Below, piece after piece: positions 1-10,416 of a stretch of DNA of 64,000 bases. The first letter of the stretch is position 1. Every line of letters starts with the position of its first letter. The position numbers and the translations under genes were made by a program. Below the pieces are notes generated by a model. That model did no database searches. It had not been told where the DNA came from and saw only the letters and a list, made by a program, of their open reading frames with translations. The stretch lies in NCBI GenBank assembly GCA_009859145.1, contig VRVR01000028.1, positions 222,438 to 286,437 of the forward strand. The letters run 5' to 3'. Origin of the DNA: Andalucia godoyi And28. Its lineage: Eukaryota; Protista; Jakobida.

Positions 1-657
1 TACTTCTACCTTGACATGGCGTCCTTTGCAAACTTCTCCAGTCCAACAGGAAGCGTCTTCCCAGTCTCTGTTTCCAAGATCAAGATGATTCCTCGCTCGC
101 AACTTGCCTCGTATGGAACAAATGCCCTCCAGAATTCCATACAGAACAATCCACCACAATCGGTGCTGCAGTGCTTCAATGAAATGGATGCGGCTGGAGC
201 TGCGGTTTCGACGCAAGCTCAGCTTAATCCATCCACTGGAAAGTTAGTGAAGAGCCTGCAGTTGCGGAAGGCTGGGCACCCCATCCTGCTCAAGTCCAAT
301 GGAACGCAGTATGAGCATGTGCGCCGTTCTCTGGCAACCATTCTCGGTGCAAAGTATGGCCAGACTCTGGTTCCTCAAGGCTTGTCTTCCATAACCCAAC
401 AGGTTGTCGGTGGTGGCAAACTGTATCGGGGAACCATTATCTGGAAGGATCTGTCTTCAGGCAATGCTTACCAAACCGTGTTTACTGCGCGCTCATCAGG
501 AGGCCGGGGCTCCAATCTCAACGGAGGTCTTGAGATCCAAGGAGAAACCACCACCCAGGTTTCCAATATTTCAAACCAGTCTTCCGCACCGATTTCCACA
601 ACCCTCGGAGCTCTTGCAGCGATCGCGGTTTCCTCCATGCTCGCAATGATCCTCTAA
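1..657 (+). CDS. Hypothetical protein, probably the 3' part of a longer ORF; C-terminus resembles a GPI-anchor signal
   Basis: The frame of ORF 16..657 is open back to base 1 (YFYLD-M...). It ends in a Ser/Thr-rich spacer plus a hydrophobic tail (TLGALAAIAVSSMLAMIL*). No family motif recognised. Confidence 0.55.
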   Translation, partial: YFYLDMASFANFSSPTGSVFPVSVSKIKMIPRSQLASYGTNALQNSIQNNPPQSVLQCFNEMDAAGAAVSTQAQLNPSTGKLVKSLQLRKAGHPILLKSNGTQYEHVRRSLATILGAKYGQTLVPQGLSSITQQVVGGGKLYRGTIIWKDLSSGNAYQTVFTARSSGGRGSNLNGGLEIQGETTTQVSNISNQSSAPISTTLGALAAIAVSSMLAMIL

Positions 658-719
658 AATTCTTCATGCTTTCATTCGTAAACCACTCAAAAGCGAAATC
701 CCTTCAGGTACACCCTCTT

Positions 720-855
720 ACCACTCGCCAAAACATGAATCATTATTAATCATTGGTTAAGCTGTCACCGAAAACAGATCCAAGCCACATGTTTTTTTGT
801 TTTTATTTATTTGGGGGCGAGCACCACCTCTTCAATGCAGATTGCTGGTCATCGC
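720..855 (+). repeat. Dispersed repeat family 2, copy A (possible structured RNA)
   Basis: Shares blocks ACC.CTCGCCAAA.CATG.ATCATTA, GTCACC.AA.ACAGATCCAAGCCACATGTTTTT and TTTGGG..CGAGCACCA.CTCTTC..TGCAGATTGCT with the reverse complement of 52962-53101. Confidence 0.8.
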
Positions 856-1188
856 AATCGACATATTCCACAATCGATTCAGCATTCAAAAAATGAACGT
901 TGGAGGAAATAGAATGTGGTCGGCGGCGTTGCGCATCGCATGCGCAATTCCAAGGTGAAGAATGAAGGACTTCTGGACCTGACTCATCTCGTCCCCATAG
1001 AGTAAGAGAAACAACCGTGTTCCGTGCTCATCATCGACTGTAACAATTTTTTTTTGGCGCCCAAACGCAATCCCAAAGTGCGGGAAAAGACTATTCTCTC
1101 CACCATTTCATTACGATTCGTTTCGTTGCTTTTAAAATATTATTACCTGTGTTGATTTTTCATTAATCAAGGGTAGCTTGGCTTCGTC

Positions 1189-2366
1189 ATGACAACGGTT
1201 GAAGAACTGATCCCAAGGATATGTAAACAGGAATTTCTCCTACCCGCTTCTCGCTCAAGAGGTATGTATTGATTCATCGTTCTTTTTTCTTTTCTTCTTC
1301 TTCTTCTTCTTCTTCTTCTTCTTCTTCTTCAACAACAACAAAAAAAGAGATATTCGTCCTTCTTTCTTTGTCCTCTGTCATTTGATGGCTGAGATGGTGA
1401 TGATTTACCCTGACTACCTGGTGTGTAGAGTCGTTCGTTCTGGGGATTGATGAAGCTGGAAGAGGGCCTGTTCTTGGACCAATGGTGTATGGAGCAGCAT
1501 GGTGCCCAGAGACCTATGAACAGAGTCTTCGTCAGAAATTTGGAGTGAATGATTCGAAGCAACTGACGGAGGGTTCTCGCGACAGCATTTTGTGTTCCAT
1601 GTTAGCATCATCTGAAGCGGATGCACCGAGATCCATTTGCTGTGCAGTTCGTGTTCTTTCTCCTGCGTATCTGAGTGCCGAAATGCTTGCGCCAGATCGA
1701 ATGTCGCTCAATGAAGTCTCATTTCGTGCGGCGTTCGGGCTGCTGCGGACTGCTCTCGATGCAGGTATTCCAGTTGCAAAGGTGTTTGTGGACACGGTGG
1801 GAGATCCGGACAAGTACAGAGAAAAGTTTGAGAGAGAGTTTCTGTCCAATCCGGAAATCAAGTTTGTTGTTTCGAAAAAGGCAGATTCGCTGTTTCCAAT
1901 TGTCGGTGCTGCTTCCATCGTTGCCAAGGTCGTTCGTGACGGAATTGTGCATGACTGGCCGTTTATGGAGCCGGTCGAAGGCGCAGCGGATGTTTCCAAC
2001 GTTGGCTCGGGCTATCCTGGAGATCCAGCTACAAAGTCCTGGCTGCAAAAGGTTGGACAGCCATTGTTTGGGTTTCCTTCAATCGTGCGGTTTTCGTGGC
2101 AAACAACAAAGACCTTGCTTGACACCAAGGCGTTCTTGCCCGTGAACTGGGGGGATGAAGATGAGTTTGTGTCCTCGGTGTGGGAAGAAGATGATAGTGC
2201 AGAAACAGACGCTCGGTCTAGCAAACGGAAGAAAACCACAAATACCAAGGACCCTGCACAACCAACGCTGTCGTTTATCAAATCACTAAAAGACCCAAAG
2301 GATGCTTCACAAGTCCTGAAAGACTTTGGAGTATCCGCGTATGCAGTGGAGGCCCCAGAGTGCTGA
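1189..2366 (+). CDS. RNASEH2A: Ribonuclease H2 subunit A (two exons: 1189-1261, 1429-2366)
   Basis: Splicing out GTATGT...TGTAG (1262-1428) joins MTTVEEL...SRE to SFVLGIDEAGRGPVLGPMVY. The DEAGRGP, VFVDTVG, ASIVAKV and GSGYPGDP RNase HII motifs are present. Confidence 0.95.
1262..1428 (+). other. GT-AG intron (167 nt) of RNase H2A, containing a (CTT)n tract
   Basis: GTATGT donor, CTGAC branch-like motif and TGTAG acceptor. Its removal restores the catalytic DEAGRGP motif in frame with the upstream ATG. Confidence 0.85.
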
Positions 2367-3052
2367 AATTCCCCCTCCTCCATGTACCTGCGACGTACGG
2401 CTTTGTTGTATTATATTCGCTCTGTTTTCTGCACCCAACGGAAATCACTGCAACAGGAAAAACGTGTCTGGATAGAGGAGGACAATGGACCGTGATACGG
2501 CTGTCGATGTCAGCGCTGTGGCGTGGCGTGGCGCGTTTCCATCTGCGCATCGAGTTTTTCAGACGAGTAACGCAATCACGTAGGTACCAGTAAATCGGAA
2601 AAACCGTGTATGAACAGCGAGGCTTGTACTTTTCTTTACTACTACCGGTTTGGCTAAACCATCGATTAGCGTGCTACCCTCCAACCCGGACTGCTCGTGC
2701 TTGATCCCACGACGGCCGACAAGCAGCACAGAATACACACTCCAAAGACGACGAGTCGAGCATTTCACTGTTGCTGCGCAGACTCATCTGTCTCCCAAGG
2801 AAAAAACAAACACTCGCTGGATTGGGAGCGACAGAAATCTGGCGAGGTGTGGGGTTGGGGAGTCGTAATTTAAAACTTTAGCATGTTTATCTGTTTAGAG
2901 ATTCCGATGACAATAGCTTTGGGTTATAATAGGCTGCGGGACAACATACATGTTGGGGGAAAGGAAAAAAAAGCAATAAAATAATATACAAAAGGCGTTG
3001 ACATGGACACAGCCCACTAACAAGACAAACATCGGAGGGGGGAGGAGAGGAA

Positions 3053-5671
3053 TCACCGACGGGACGATTGGCCACTTCGATGAGTCCGAGGATTGGGCTG
3101 TCCCTCTCCAGAGGCGACGGATCCAGCCTGGGGACGCTGTCCGCTACCAGAATGGTGGCGCTGCTGTTGCTGGTTTCCTCCATTTCCCCGAGGCTGCGAC
3201 TGCGGATCACGGAAACCACGGCCATGGTTGCTCGACTTTCGGCTGTCCGAATGGCGATTCGGAAACGGCACAGATTGCATTGACAGAGCGCGGTTCTCGG
3301 TGTTATTGGAGACAGGAAGCGACGTCTTCGACGCTTCATCCTCGGCGACATCCCCAATCTTCTCTGGGACATACTCACGAAACGCACCCACCACATCGCC
3401 GTAGCGCCGCAAAATCTCGCAAGCGCGCATAAAATCTCCTCGTATGCGCTTCAGACGTCCAACGGACACCATTCTGCCCAAATTGTGGTCAATTTCAATC
3501 GGATCCTCAATGCAGAAATAATAATTATCGGGACGCACCTTTGCAGCAACAAATCGCATCTCAATATCCCCATCTTCATTGGAGGACATGATAAGCTTGC
3601 GATGTTTTCCGTGAAAAGCGGTCGCGGAAGGAGGCCACCCGCGCTCATCCTTGGAAATGACTCCGCCTGGATAGCGAAGTGTCAGGACGGACGTCCGATA
3701 CTCAAATTCGTGAGCGAAAAACTTAAAGAATGCAGCCAATAAGGAAGCGACCGACTCGTCGGATTGCTGCGGATTCGGAAGAAGCCCCGTCTTGTAAGAG
3801 AAACTCAGAACCATCAAAACATACGCATAGGACGAAAGGGTACCACGGAACGGATCATTGATGCGTCGCTGCTTGGCAAAATGCTTCACAAGAAGGCAAA
3901 GCATGCGAATACGGTCGCGACGATCTCGATCCAACAGATCGCGGATCATCGCTGTGTTCTTCAAAGCGTTGCGGTTTTCGATGCACAAATCGGCATTGAG
4001 ATCCAGGAAATCCGGGTGCTGGAACTTCACTACGGGAACACGGGCTTCCGGAAGCGCGAGGACTTTCGAGAATCCCCGATTGATGAAATATCGACCAAGT
4101 CTCCGAACAGCGCGAGAACGGATATCGTCGGAAACCGACTCGGAGCCGGCGTCTAGCGAGTCGGAATTCAGCAGCAGACACATGTCCACGTCTGCGGATC
4201 CGCGAATTGCAATTCTCGTTACGGTTGATCCATAGACCTGGATTCGGGCCGCTGGCCAGAACTGCTGAATCTCCTTTTCCACGGCCGCAGCGAGCGCAAA
4301 CTTGCGCAGTCCTTCGGATTCAGCAGCTAGGAGCTCATCATGCAACAAATCGTCCACTCCATATGCAATCTTTTGCAAAAGACGGGGAGGCGGCGGGGGT
4401 CTGTCAACCTTGATGCGCGCAGGTTCTTCAAGCGCATCGTGGCCGGTTTGCCCATGGGTGTTGTAGTTGTCCTCCGTCTTCTTCGTTCCAAGACCTTCGA
4501 AGGCCGCACTGTTGGATGCAGAAGCCTGTTCTTCGCCTTCTTCCCGGGCGGGTCCCGCTGCATCCTCCTCTGCCAAATCATCCGAGAACATGTCCTCTTC
4601 AGAATCGCTGTCTTCGCTGTCGAGGCGCGCGAGTACCAATGCTCCTGTAGACCTTGGAATAATTTTGATTCGTTTTGTTTCTTCTATGTGCTCCACGGCT
4701 TCCGGTGCGACAGGAACGGCAGCTTCCGATGTTTGTACTGCTTCCTCAGGTTTCAATCTTGTGTCGCTGTGCTCATCAGCGGATATCCCAACCGAGTGCG
4801 AAAAGGACAACGAAGCTGCATTGGGCGCTGCCTCATACGACGATTGTCCCAGCAGCAGCATGCTTTCAAAATCTTCAGCAAGCATGGCCGATCCGGAAGT
4901 TTGGTCCAATGCAGTTTCCGAAACCGTTCGTGAGGCATCGGAAACGTCCGAGTTCGTATGTGCAGCAGAAAGCCCCTGCATTGCAGGGGAAATCGGAATG
5001 CCAACTGTCCGATTCTGCGGCTGCGTCAATCGACCATCAACACCCTGTTGTTGGCCGCCAATTGAGCCCATCATTTGATGAAACGGCAGCAAAGACGGTT
5101 GCCACCCATAGTAAAACGCCCTGGGATCATGCTGCGGAGACGGCGGCTGTCCCGCAACCGATCTCGTTGGATACGCCCCAGTCAAATGTGGTTGTGAAAA
5201 CTGCGCATTTTGAAGGGACGGCTGCTGTCCGTAGTGCTGCTGAAATCCTGGATGGAATTGAGACGAAGGATGATGCACGTGTTGCTCTTGAGGCTGCTGC
5301 ATGCCTTGGCGAGACGGATACATCCCGTACTGCAGATGCATGAACGGCTGCGGTTGAGAGTGCAGATGGTGCAGATGGTGGCCGCCGGTTTGCATGAATC
5401 CCATGTTTCCAGTTTGGAAGCGGTGCATTTGCGGATCTCCGAACGCGCTGTTTGCAGGGACAACTTGTGGACTTGGACCACTACCACCACCAGCAGCAGC
5501 AGCAGCAGAAGAAGAAGAAGAAGAAGAAGAAGAAGAAGAAGAAGGAGGAGGAGGAAGAAAGTGCTGCGGAACGAGCGATCCTGGAGACCGCGGATTGGCT
5601 GATGGGTATCGCAGATTTGTCTGCAAAGACAAGCCAGACAAGTTCAGGTGATACGGGTCAGACGGATCCAT
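3053..5671 (-). CDS. Cid1/TUT-family terminal uridylyltransferase with long Q/H/S-rich disordered termini
   Basis: VYGS-x10-DVD nucleotidyltransferase motif, ARVPVVKF, ADLC, NDPFRGTLSSY and a PAP-associated IEDPIEIDHNLG. The last retains the His that confers UTP selectivity in Cid1/TUT4/7. Confidence 0.9.
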   Translation of the reverse strand: MDPSDPYHLNLSGLSLQTNLRYPSANPRSPGSLVPQHFLPPPPSSSSSSSSSSSSAAAAAGGGSGPSPQVVPANSAFGDPQMHRFQTGNMGFMQTGGHHLHHLHSQPQPFMHLQYGMYPSRQGMQQPQEQHVHHPSSQFHPGFQQHYGQQPSLQNAQFSQPHLTGAYPTRSVAGQPPSPQHDPRAFYYGWQPSLLPFHQMMGSIGGQQQGVDGRLTQPQNRTVGIPISPAMQGLSAAHTNSDVSDASRTVSETALDQTSGSAMLAEDFESMLLLGQSSYEAAPNAASLSFSHSVGISADEHSDTRLKPEEAVQTSEAAVPVAPEAVEHIEETKRIKIIPRSTGALVLARLDSEDSDSEEDMFSDDLAEEDAAGPAREEGEEQASASNSAAFEGLGTKKTEDNYNTHGQTGHDALEEPARIKVDRPPPPPRLLQKIAYGVDDLLHDELLAAESEGLRKFALAAAVEKEIQQFWPAARIQVYGSTVTRIAIRGSADVDMCLLLNSDSLDAGSESVSDDIRSRAVRRLGRYFINRGFSKVLALPEARVPVVKFQHPDFLDLNADLCIENRNALKNTAMIRDLLDRDRRDRIRMLCLLVKHFAKQRRINDPFRGTLSSYAYVLMVLSFSYKTGLLPNPQQSDESVASLLAAFFKFFAHEFEYRTSVLTLRYPGGVISKDERGWPPSATAFHGKHRKLIMSSNEDGDIEMRFVAAKVRPDNYYFCIEDPIEIDHNLGRMVSVGRLKRIRGDFMRACEILRRYGDVVGAFREYVPEKIGDVAEDEASKTSLPVSNNTENRALSMQSVPFPNRHSDSRKSSNHGRGFRDPQSQPRGNGGNQQQQRHHSGSGQRPQAGSVASGEGQPNPRTHRSGQSSRR

Positions 5672-5819
5672 TCTCTAAAATATCCAAACCAGAGGTACCA
5701 CAACAAGAAAATGGTGCGCCCCAACGATAAACCATTACAATCCTTAAAGAAAGAAGAAGAAGAAGAAGAATCGTAATAAAATAAAATAACAACACATGGA
5801 AAAGACTCAGCAATGCAGT

Positions 5820-5863
5820 GGAACAGTCGAAGGCTTGATGCAAAGGAACAGTCGGAGGCTTGA
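5820..5863 (+). repeat. 19-bp near-perfect direct repeat with 25-bp period in a divergent promoter
   Basis: GGAACAGTCGAAGGCTTGA (5820-5838) and GGAACAGTCGGAGGCTTGA (5845-5863), 18/19 identical. Confidence 0.7.
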
Positions 5864-6097
5864 GGACTCAAGCACCGTAGTGCATTGCTTCTTCATACTT
5901 TGACAGTCACTTTCTCTTTTTTTCAGGAATATTCGATTTGGTTCCACAGGATCGGTTGCACAGATTCATGCACGCTGAGCTTTGCAAGGCGAGCGCACCG
6001 TGTTGTTTGTGATGCCCTTGCAACCAAACAGACAGGCAAGCACACATAAGAGAGAAAGTTGAGGATTGAGGCTGCAGGGGAATAAAGAGAAAGAGAA

Positions 6098-7846
6098 ATG
6101 GACGAGTTTCTGCAGCAGTTCTCGTCTGCGGAAATGATAGCGTGTTTTTCGAATTTGTGTCCGAAGCTGAGATCGGATGCGGTGCTGTTGGACAAGCCAG
6201 GAATGATCGAGCTGTTGCTGACCTTTGTTTCGGATCTGTACGCAGACCAATGGGTTGAGAAGAAGCTGAAGACGAAGCTGGAGAGCTTTGGAATGTGTTG
6301 CGTGGAGCGTCCAGACGCTTGTTGGACGGATCGTGTCTGGTATGCACGGTGTCTTGTGCGGCAATCCCCGTTTCTTTTTGAGCATGGCAAGCTCTCTGTG
6401 GAAGACCTGAGAGCCATTTGCAGAGTTTTGGAGATTTCTGGCACTGGCAAAAAAGCAGATGTCGTGCAGAAGATCAGTGCAAAGTTCATTGCGGACCGCG
6501 CACTGCAAGGCAGTATCCTGCTGCCCAAAAGTCAGCAGGAGCCTGGATCCAATCCATCGAGAAGTGGTGCGCACGTTCATAAGAATGTACCGCAGCTGAC
6601 AGTCGATGCGTCAGTGCAGTCTCCTTTGACAGCGTCCCAGACACCTACTGCTATGAAACAGTCCTCCTCGTCATCGACACCGCTGTCCAGCTGTTCCACA
6701 CCCGTGTTTGCGTTTGATCGGTCCCCGAATTTGAATGTCAGCGCGGAAGAAAAGGACGCTCTGGTGTCGAAATTCAATGCCAACTCAGTGTTGCCGCTGT
6801 CGCCGTCCTTGCGGACGTCATCAACAATAGTCGATTATTCCCAAAGGACATCGATTGGACGAGCAGAAACCGCTGAGCCGCTCAGCATCGATGCTCCACC
6901 GTTTTCAGCGGATCAAGAAGCTGCCGACGTCAACGTTGGACGAGAGATGCCGAAATCACCTGGCATTGAGCATTCATCTCTCGGTGTGTCGAGTTCGACG
7001 GGACACCAAGACTGCCTCGCTGCGTATTTGACCAGCACAGAACATCCGATCCGAAACCATGACTTCATAATGAAGAGCAGTGCAGATGCAGAGTGCCCGA
7101 GGACGGAAGAAGAAAAGGAGGAGGAGGAGGAGGATAATGCGAACCCTTTGCGTGACAGGGACCAAGAAACGCTCGATGTTCGTCGCCCAGTGAACGACAG
7201 CCGATCTCCAGTTCGCTCGAGGCCGAGAGAGTCCCTCAGCAGTTCGTGTTACGTTCGCCGAGACGTTTCTCATCTTCGCGACGCCGTTTTTGGCTTGCGA
7301 AATGACATTGATATGTACACGCGAGACCATCGCAGCTGTGTGGTCCTTCCCGAGGTAGACCATATTTGGGAGTGCCAGCTTGCGGATTTTGCTGTGAACG
7401 TGGTTTCTCAGCACGAGCAAAAGCCTGTAGTGCGTGACATGTCATTAGCGGCAGAAAATCTAGCAGCGATCTTGAACGACGTTTGCAATCTGAATGTGAC
7501 ACACAAGAAATGGAATGAGGCGAAGAAAGGACCGTTTACTGCATTCCTGAATCGATATCACGGAAATTCCGGATCCAGACTTCGCTCGGTATCGCTGCAG
7601 CAGATGATCAACATGTCGAAGTCGCAGCAACGAAGATTGACAGAAGACAGCTGGGATTCGTTTTGGTCCAACGTTGCAGTCACAATGTCTGCTTCGCACG
7701 ACGTGATTTCGTCCAGAATAGAAGATGCAAAAGATGCATTGCATCCGTACGGCAGAGCAGGCGCCGTCCTGGGCTTGTTTCAAGAAGAATTGCATACATT
7801 GATGGAGGCTCTCAAACTCGACGACATCAAGAACAGCGCCCGATAG
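6098..7846 (+). CDS. SAP-domain protein with a C-terminal HNH-type nuclease domain
   Basis: SAP motif LSVEDLRAICRVLEISGTGKKADVVQKI. HNH-like DIDMYT...EVDHIWE...NLNVTHKKWNEAKK. Low-complexity Ser-rich linker between them. Confidence 0.7.
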   Translation: MDEFLQQFSSAEMIACFSNLCPKLRSDAVLLDKPGMIELLLTFVSDLYADQWVEKKLKTKLESFGMCCVERPDACWTDRVWYARCLVRQSPFLFEHGKLSVEDLRAICRVLEISGTGKKADVVQKISAKFIADRALQGSILLPKSQQEPGSNPSRSGAHVHKNVPQLTVDASVQSPLTASQTPTAMKQSSSSSTPLSSCSTPVFAFDRSPNLNVSAEEKDALVSKFNANSVLPLSPSLRTSSTIVDYSQRTSIGRAETAEPLSIDAPPFSADQEAADVNVGREMPKSPGIEHSSLGVSSSTGHQDCLAAYLTSTEHPIRNHDFIMKSSADAECPRTEEEKEEEEEDNANPLRDRDQETLDVRRPVNDSRSPVRSRPRESLSSSCYVRRDVSHLRDAVFGLRNDIDMYTRDHRSCVVLPEVDHIWECQLADFAVNVVSQHEQKPVVRDMSLAAENLAAILNDVCNLNVTHKKWNEAKKGPFTAFLNRYHGNSGSRLRSVSLQQMINMSKSQQRRLTEDSWDSFWSNVAVTMSASHDVISSRIEDAKDALHPYGRAGAVLGLFQEELHTLMEALKLDDIKNSAR

Positions 7847-8189
7847 CTCCGGAATTCTCAAAAAACACCGTCCACATCTTTTTTTTAATTACATCCAGGC
7901 TCGCTTGTCGTGGCATCACCGCAAGCCACGGATCGTCCAGCCCGAAGCTCGCAGATGCGGAGTTTCAGTGGCCGGATTGCTTCCGGCTGTAGATGATTCT
8001 TTCGCTCATGTTTCCCACTCAGATCTGAGAGGTTTTCGTTTTGTTTTCTTTCTGCTGCTTTTGCAAATCATATATATTATACATTTTCATCAGTACATAT
8101 CAAATCAGAGACAAACACGCAGACACACACACACACACACACACGGACGCTCGCATTCCTTCACACAGCCAAACAGACAGAGAGAAAGC

Positions 8190-8867
8190 ATGGAGTTTGA
8201 GAGAAAAGAGCCAAAAGTACCAAAGTCCGTGCAGGAAAAGGAGCTTTCGAAGCGGGTTGTGATTGTGTTGGATGATGCGACTCTGGAGACTGCAAAGATT
8301 GGTGGTGAGTACCAGCTGTTGAATTCGGAAGATCACAAGACATTCCTTTCGAAGAACAAGAAGGATCCCGCGGAATACAGACCGGATATTACGCATCAGT
8401 GTCTTTTGACGCTTCTTGATTCACCGTTGAACAAGGCCGGTCTTTTGCAAGTCTACATTCGAACCCGGAAAAACGTGCTGATTGAAGTGTCGCCAAAGTG
8501 CAGAATTCCACGTACGTTTTCACGATTTGCAGGACTGATGGTTCAACTCTTACACAAACTCAAGATCCGGGCTACAAACGGACCGGACACGCTGCTGCAG
8601 ATTATCCGAAATCCAGTCGAGTCTCACTTTCCTGCGAATTGTCGAAAGTTTGAGCTTGATGAGAGAGGACGTCTCGTTTCTGCCGGCGAGTTCGCAAAGC
8701 AAGTCGCGGACGGCCCGATCGTGTTCGTCGTTGGTGCGTTTGCAAATGGAACCATTCGCGGCGAGTTTTGCGAGGAAAAGATTGCGATTTCCAGCTATGC
8801 ACTCTCTGCTTCGGGTGCCTGTGGAAAGCTCTGCGACGCCTTTGAGACGAAATGGGACATTCTGTAA
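8190..8867 (+). CDS. EMG1: rRNA small-subunit pseudouridine methyltransferase Nep1/EMG1
   Basis: RPDITHQCLLTLLDSPLNKAG, RIPRTFSRFAGLMVQLLHKL and VFVVGAFANG. Start placed at the MEFERK ATG (8190) within ORF 7905..8867. Confidence 0.97.
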   Translation: MEFERKEPKVPKSVQEKELSKRVVIVLDDATLETAKIGGEYQLLNSEDHKTFLSKNKKDPAEYRPDITHQCLLTLLDSPLNKAGLLQVYIRTRKNVLIEVSPKCRIPRTFSRFAGLMVQLLHKLKIRATNGPDTLLQIIRNPVESHFPANCRKFELDERGRLVSAGEFAKQVADGPIVFVVGAFANGTIRGEFCEEKIAISSYALSASGACGKLCDAFETKWDIL

Positions 8868-8943
8868 ATATTTTTTTTTTTTTTTTGGAGCTCGTGCATG
8901 AATTCTTTATAAACAAGAGGCATCCTTCAAATGAACATGCACG

Positions 8944-10416
8944 TCAAGACTGCGTTGCTGTCGCCGTTGACGACGATGGGAGCGGTGATGCAGAAGATAG
9001 GCGCTGCATGACACGCAAGTGGTGCTGAAACACCAGAATTCCCGCGAGAATTTCTCGACGAACCGACATTTTGCACGGAATACCAATGAAGCAGGCTTGA
9101 ATAAGCGTCACGATGGGCGGAAACGGATCCGAGGCAAGGATACCGGCAAGCAGTGGAGGAAGCAGTGGGCTGAACATGACCGTTGCATAAGGGACATTCC
9201 ACTGCTTGCACAACAGTAGACGCGACTGGCGCGATGTGTGGGCTCGCAGCATGCAGAACTGGATCCACAGGCACGCAGCATCCAGCATCCGTCTCCCGCC
9301 CTCCGAAGATGCAATGTGCTGAATGACGAGCGCATCCCACACATCGTCCGGCTCCGCTGAACTGTACAAATGCATCGGCGCCTGCGATGCGTCTCCGCCC
9401 TCCCGCGCCCACCAAGCATCGCTAGCATACAATCGCAGCAAGTTCTCAAGCTGTGCGGGAGAGGTTTCCGCTTCCCTTTGCACATGAAACACCAACCATT
9501 CTCGCAGCACTGGGATCCGTAATGCGACCGGCCACCACGCATCGAAGCACTCCTCAATGAAAGGGACGTGCGTCTCATCTGCAAGCGCTGTGTACTCAGG
9601 AACACAGTCCCTGCAGCCCGCATCAAACGAATGCAGCTTGTACATTGCGTGAATTCGCATCAAGAATGCAGTGTCGATCGGCGGAACGACACTGCGCACA
9701 AACTCCAGTTTAGCCGATGCCACTTTGAGGAACGTCGACATTGCTGCTTGGTATGACTCGACCGACAGACGGCCCCATGGAGTCTTGAATTGCCCACTGC
9801 CCGTAGCCGTGGCTGTCGGGGATTCTGTCGCGCCCATGTTCGCAGATCGAGAGAAACCCTTTGCAAACTCCCTGGTAATCGGAAACACGCTCTTCGAGGC
9901 ATCGTGGAAAGGATACAAGGAAAACATGGCATCGATCGCACCGTCCATGGGAAGCTGAATTCGATCGCGGACTGTCTCCCAGAATCCAATTTGCAGTCTG
10001 GTTGTTTCCAGCAGCATATGGTAGGCATCCATGACAAAGCCCGCAGCACCCGTCGCTGGCGCTGTCGCCGTCCCAGTCCCAGTCATTGATGCCTGAAGAC
10101 CTTGGTTTTTCAAGTTCTTGTTCACGGTTCCTGGACCTTTTCGCGACCCGGAAAGCTCCAGCAAGCGAGCAAACAGCTGAAGCGCCAAAATTCTGTTTCT
10201 CAAAGAAGAGAACGACGCCGATGCCGACGCCGATGCTGACTTTGACTGCTTTAGCACTTCCGCAAGTCGACCGTACGCCTGCTCTGCGCTTCGGTACTCG
10301 TCCGACACGCGGCTGCTTGGATGTGGCCGCGCTCCAGGCGCAAGCAGCGACATCGGCGACGACTTTGCGCCAGCCAGTCTCGCAATGTCCGCAAGCTTGG
10401 ACAATATCCGATCCAT
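8944..10416 (-). CDS. Hypothetical 490-aa helical protein
   Basis: Long ORF with coding-like composition that fills the space between EMG1 and repeat copy 1. No motif recognised. Confidence 0.7.
   Translation of the reverse strand: MDRILSKLADIARLAGAKSSPMSLLAPGARPHPSSRVSDEYRSAEQAYGRLAEVLKQSKSASASASASFSSLRNRILALQLFARLLELSGSRKGPGTVNKNLKNQGLQASMTGTGTATAPATGAAGFVMDAYHMLLETTRLQIGFWETVRDRIQLPMDGAIDAMFSLYPFHDASKSVFPITREFAKGFSRSANMGATESPTATATGSGQFKTPWGRLSVESYQAAMSTFLKVASAKLEFVRSVVPPIDTAFLMRIHAMYKLHSFDAGCRDCVPEYTALADETHVPFIEECFDAWWPVALRIPVLREWLVFHVQREAETSPAQLENLLRLYASDAWWAREGGDASQAPMHLYSSAEPDDVWDALVIQHIASSEGGRRMLDAACLWIQFCMLRAHTSRQSRLLLCKQWNVPYATVMFSPLLPPLLAGILASDPFPPIVTLIQACFIGIPCKMSVRREILAGILVFQHHLRVMQRLSSASPLPSSSTATATQS

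Noticed and set aside
880-1110. Short minus-strand frames that could join through the A9 run near 1047-1055
   Set aside because: This needs an assumed frameshift and gives no recognisable protein.
2400-2870. GC-rich spacer with short ORFs (for example MSALWRGVARFHLR, presequence-like)
   Set aside because: No consistent splice path or motif; it cannot be supported as a gene.
7300-7530. SAP-HNH protein as a Cas9/IscB homologue
   Set aside because: No RuvC motifs or arginine-rich bridge helix are visible; only the HNH module is shared.
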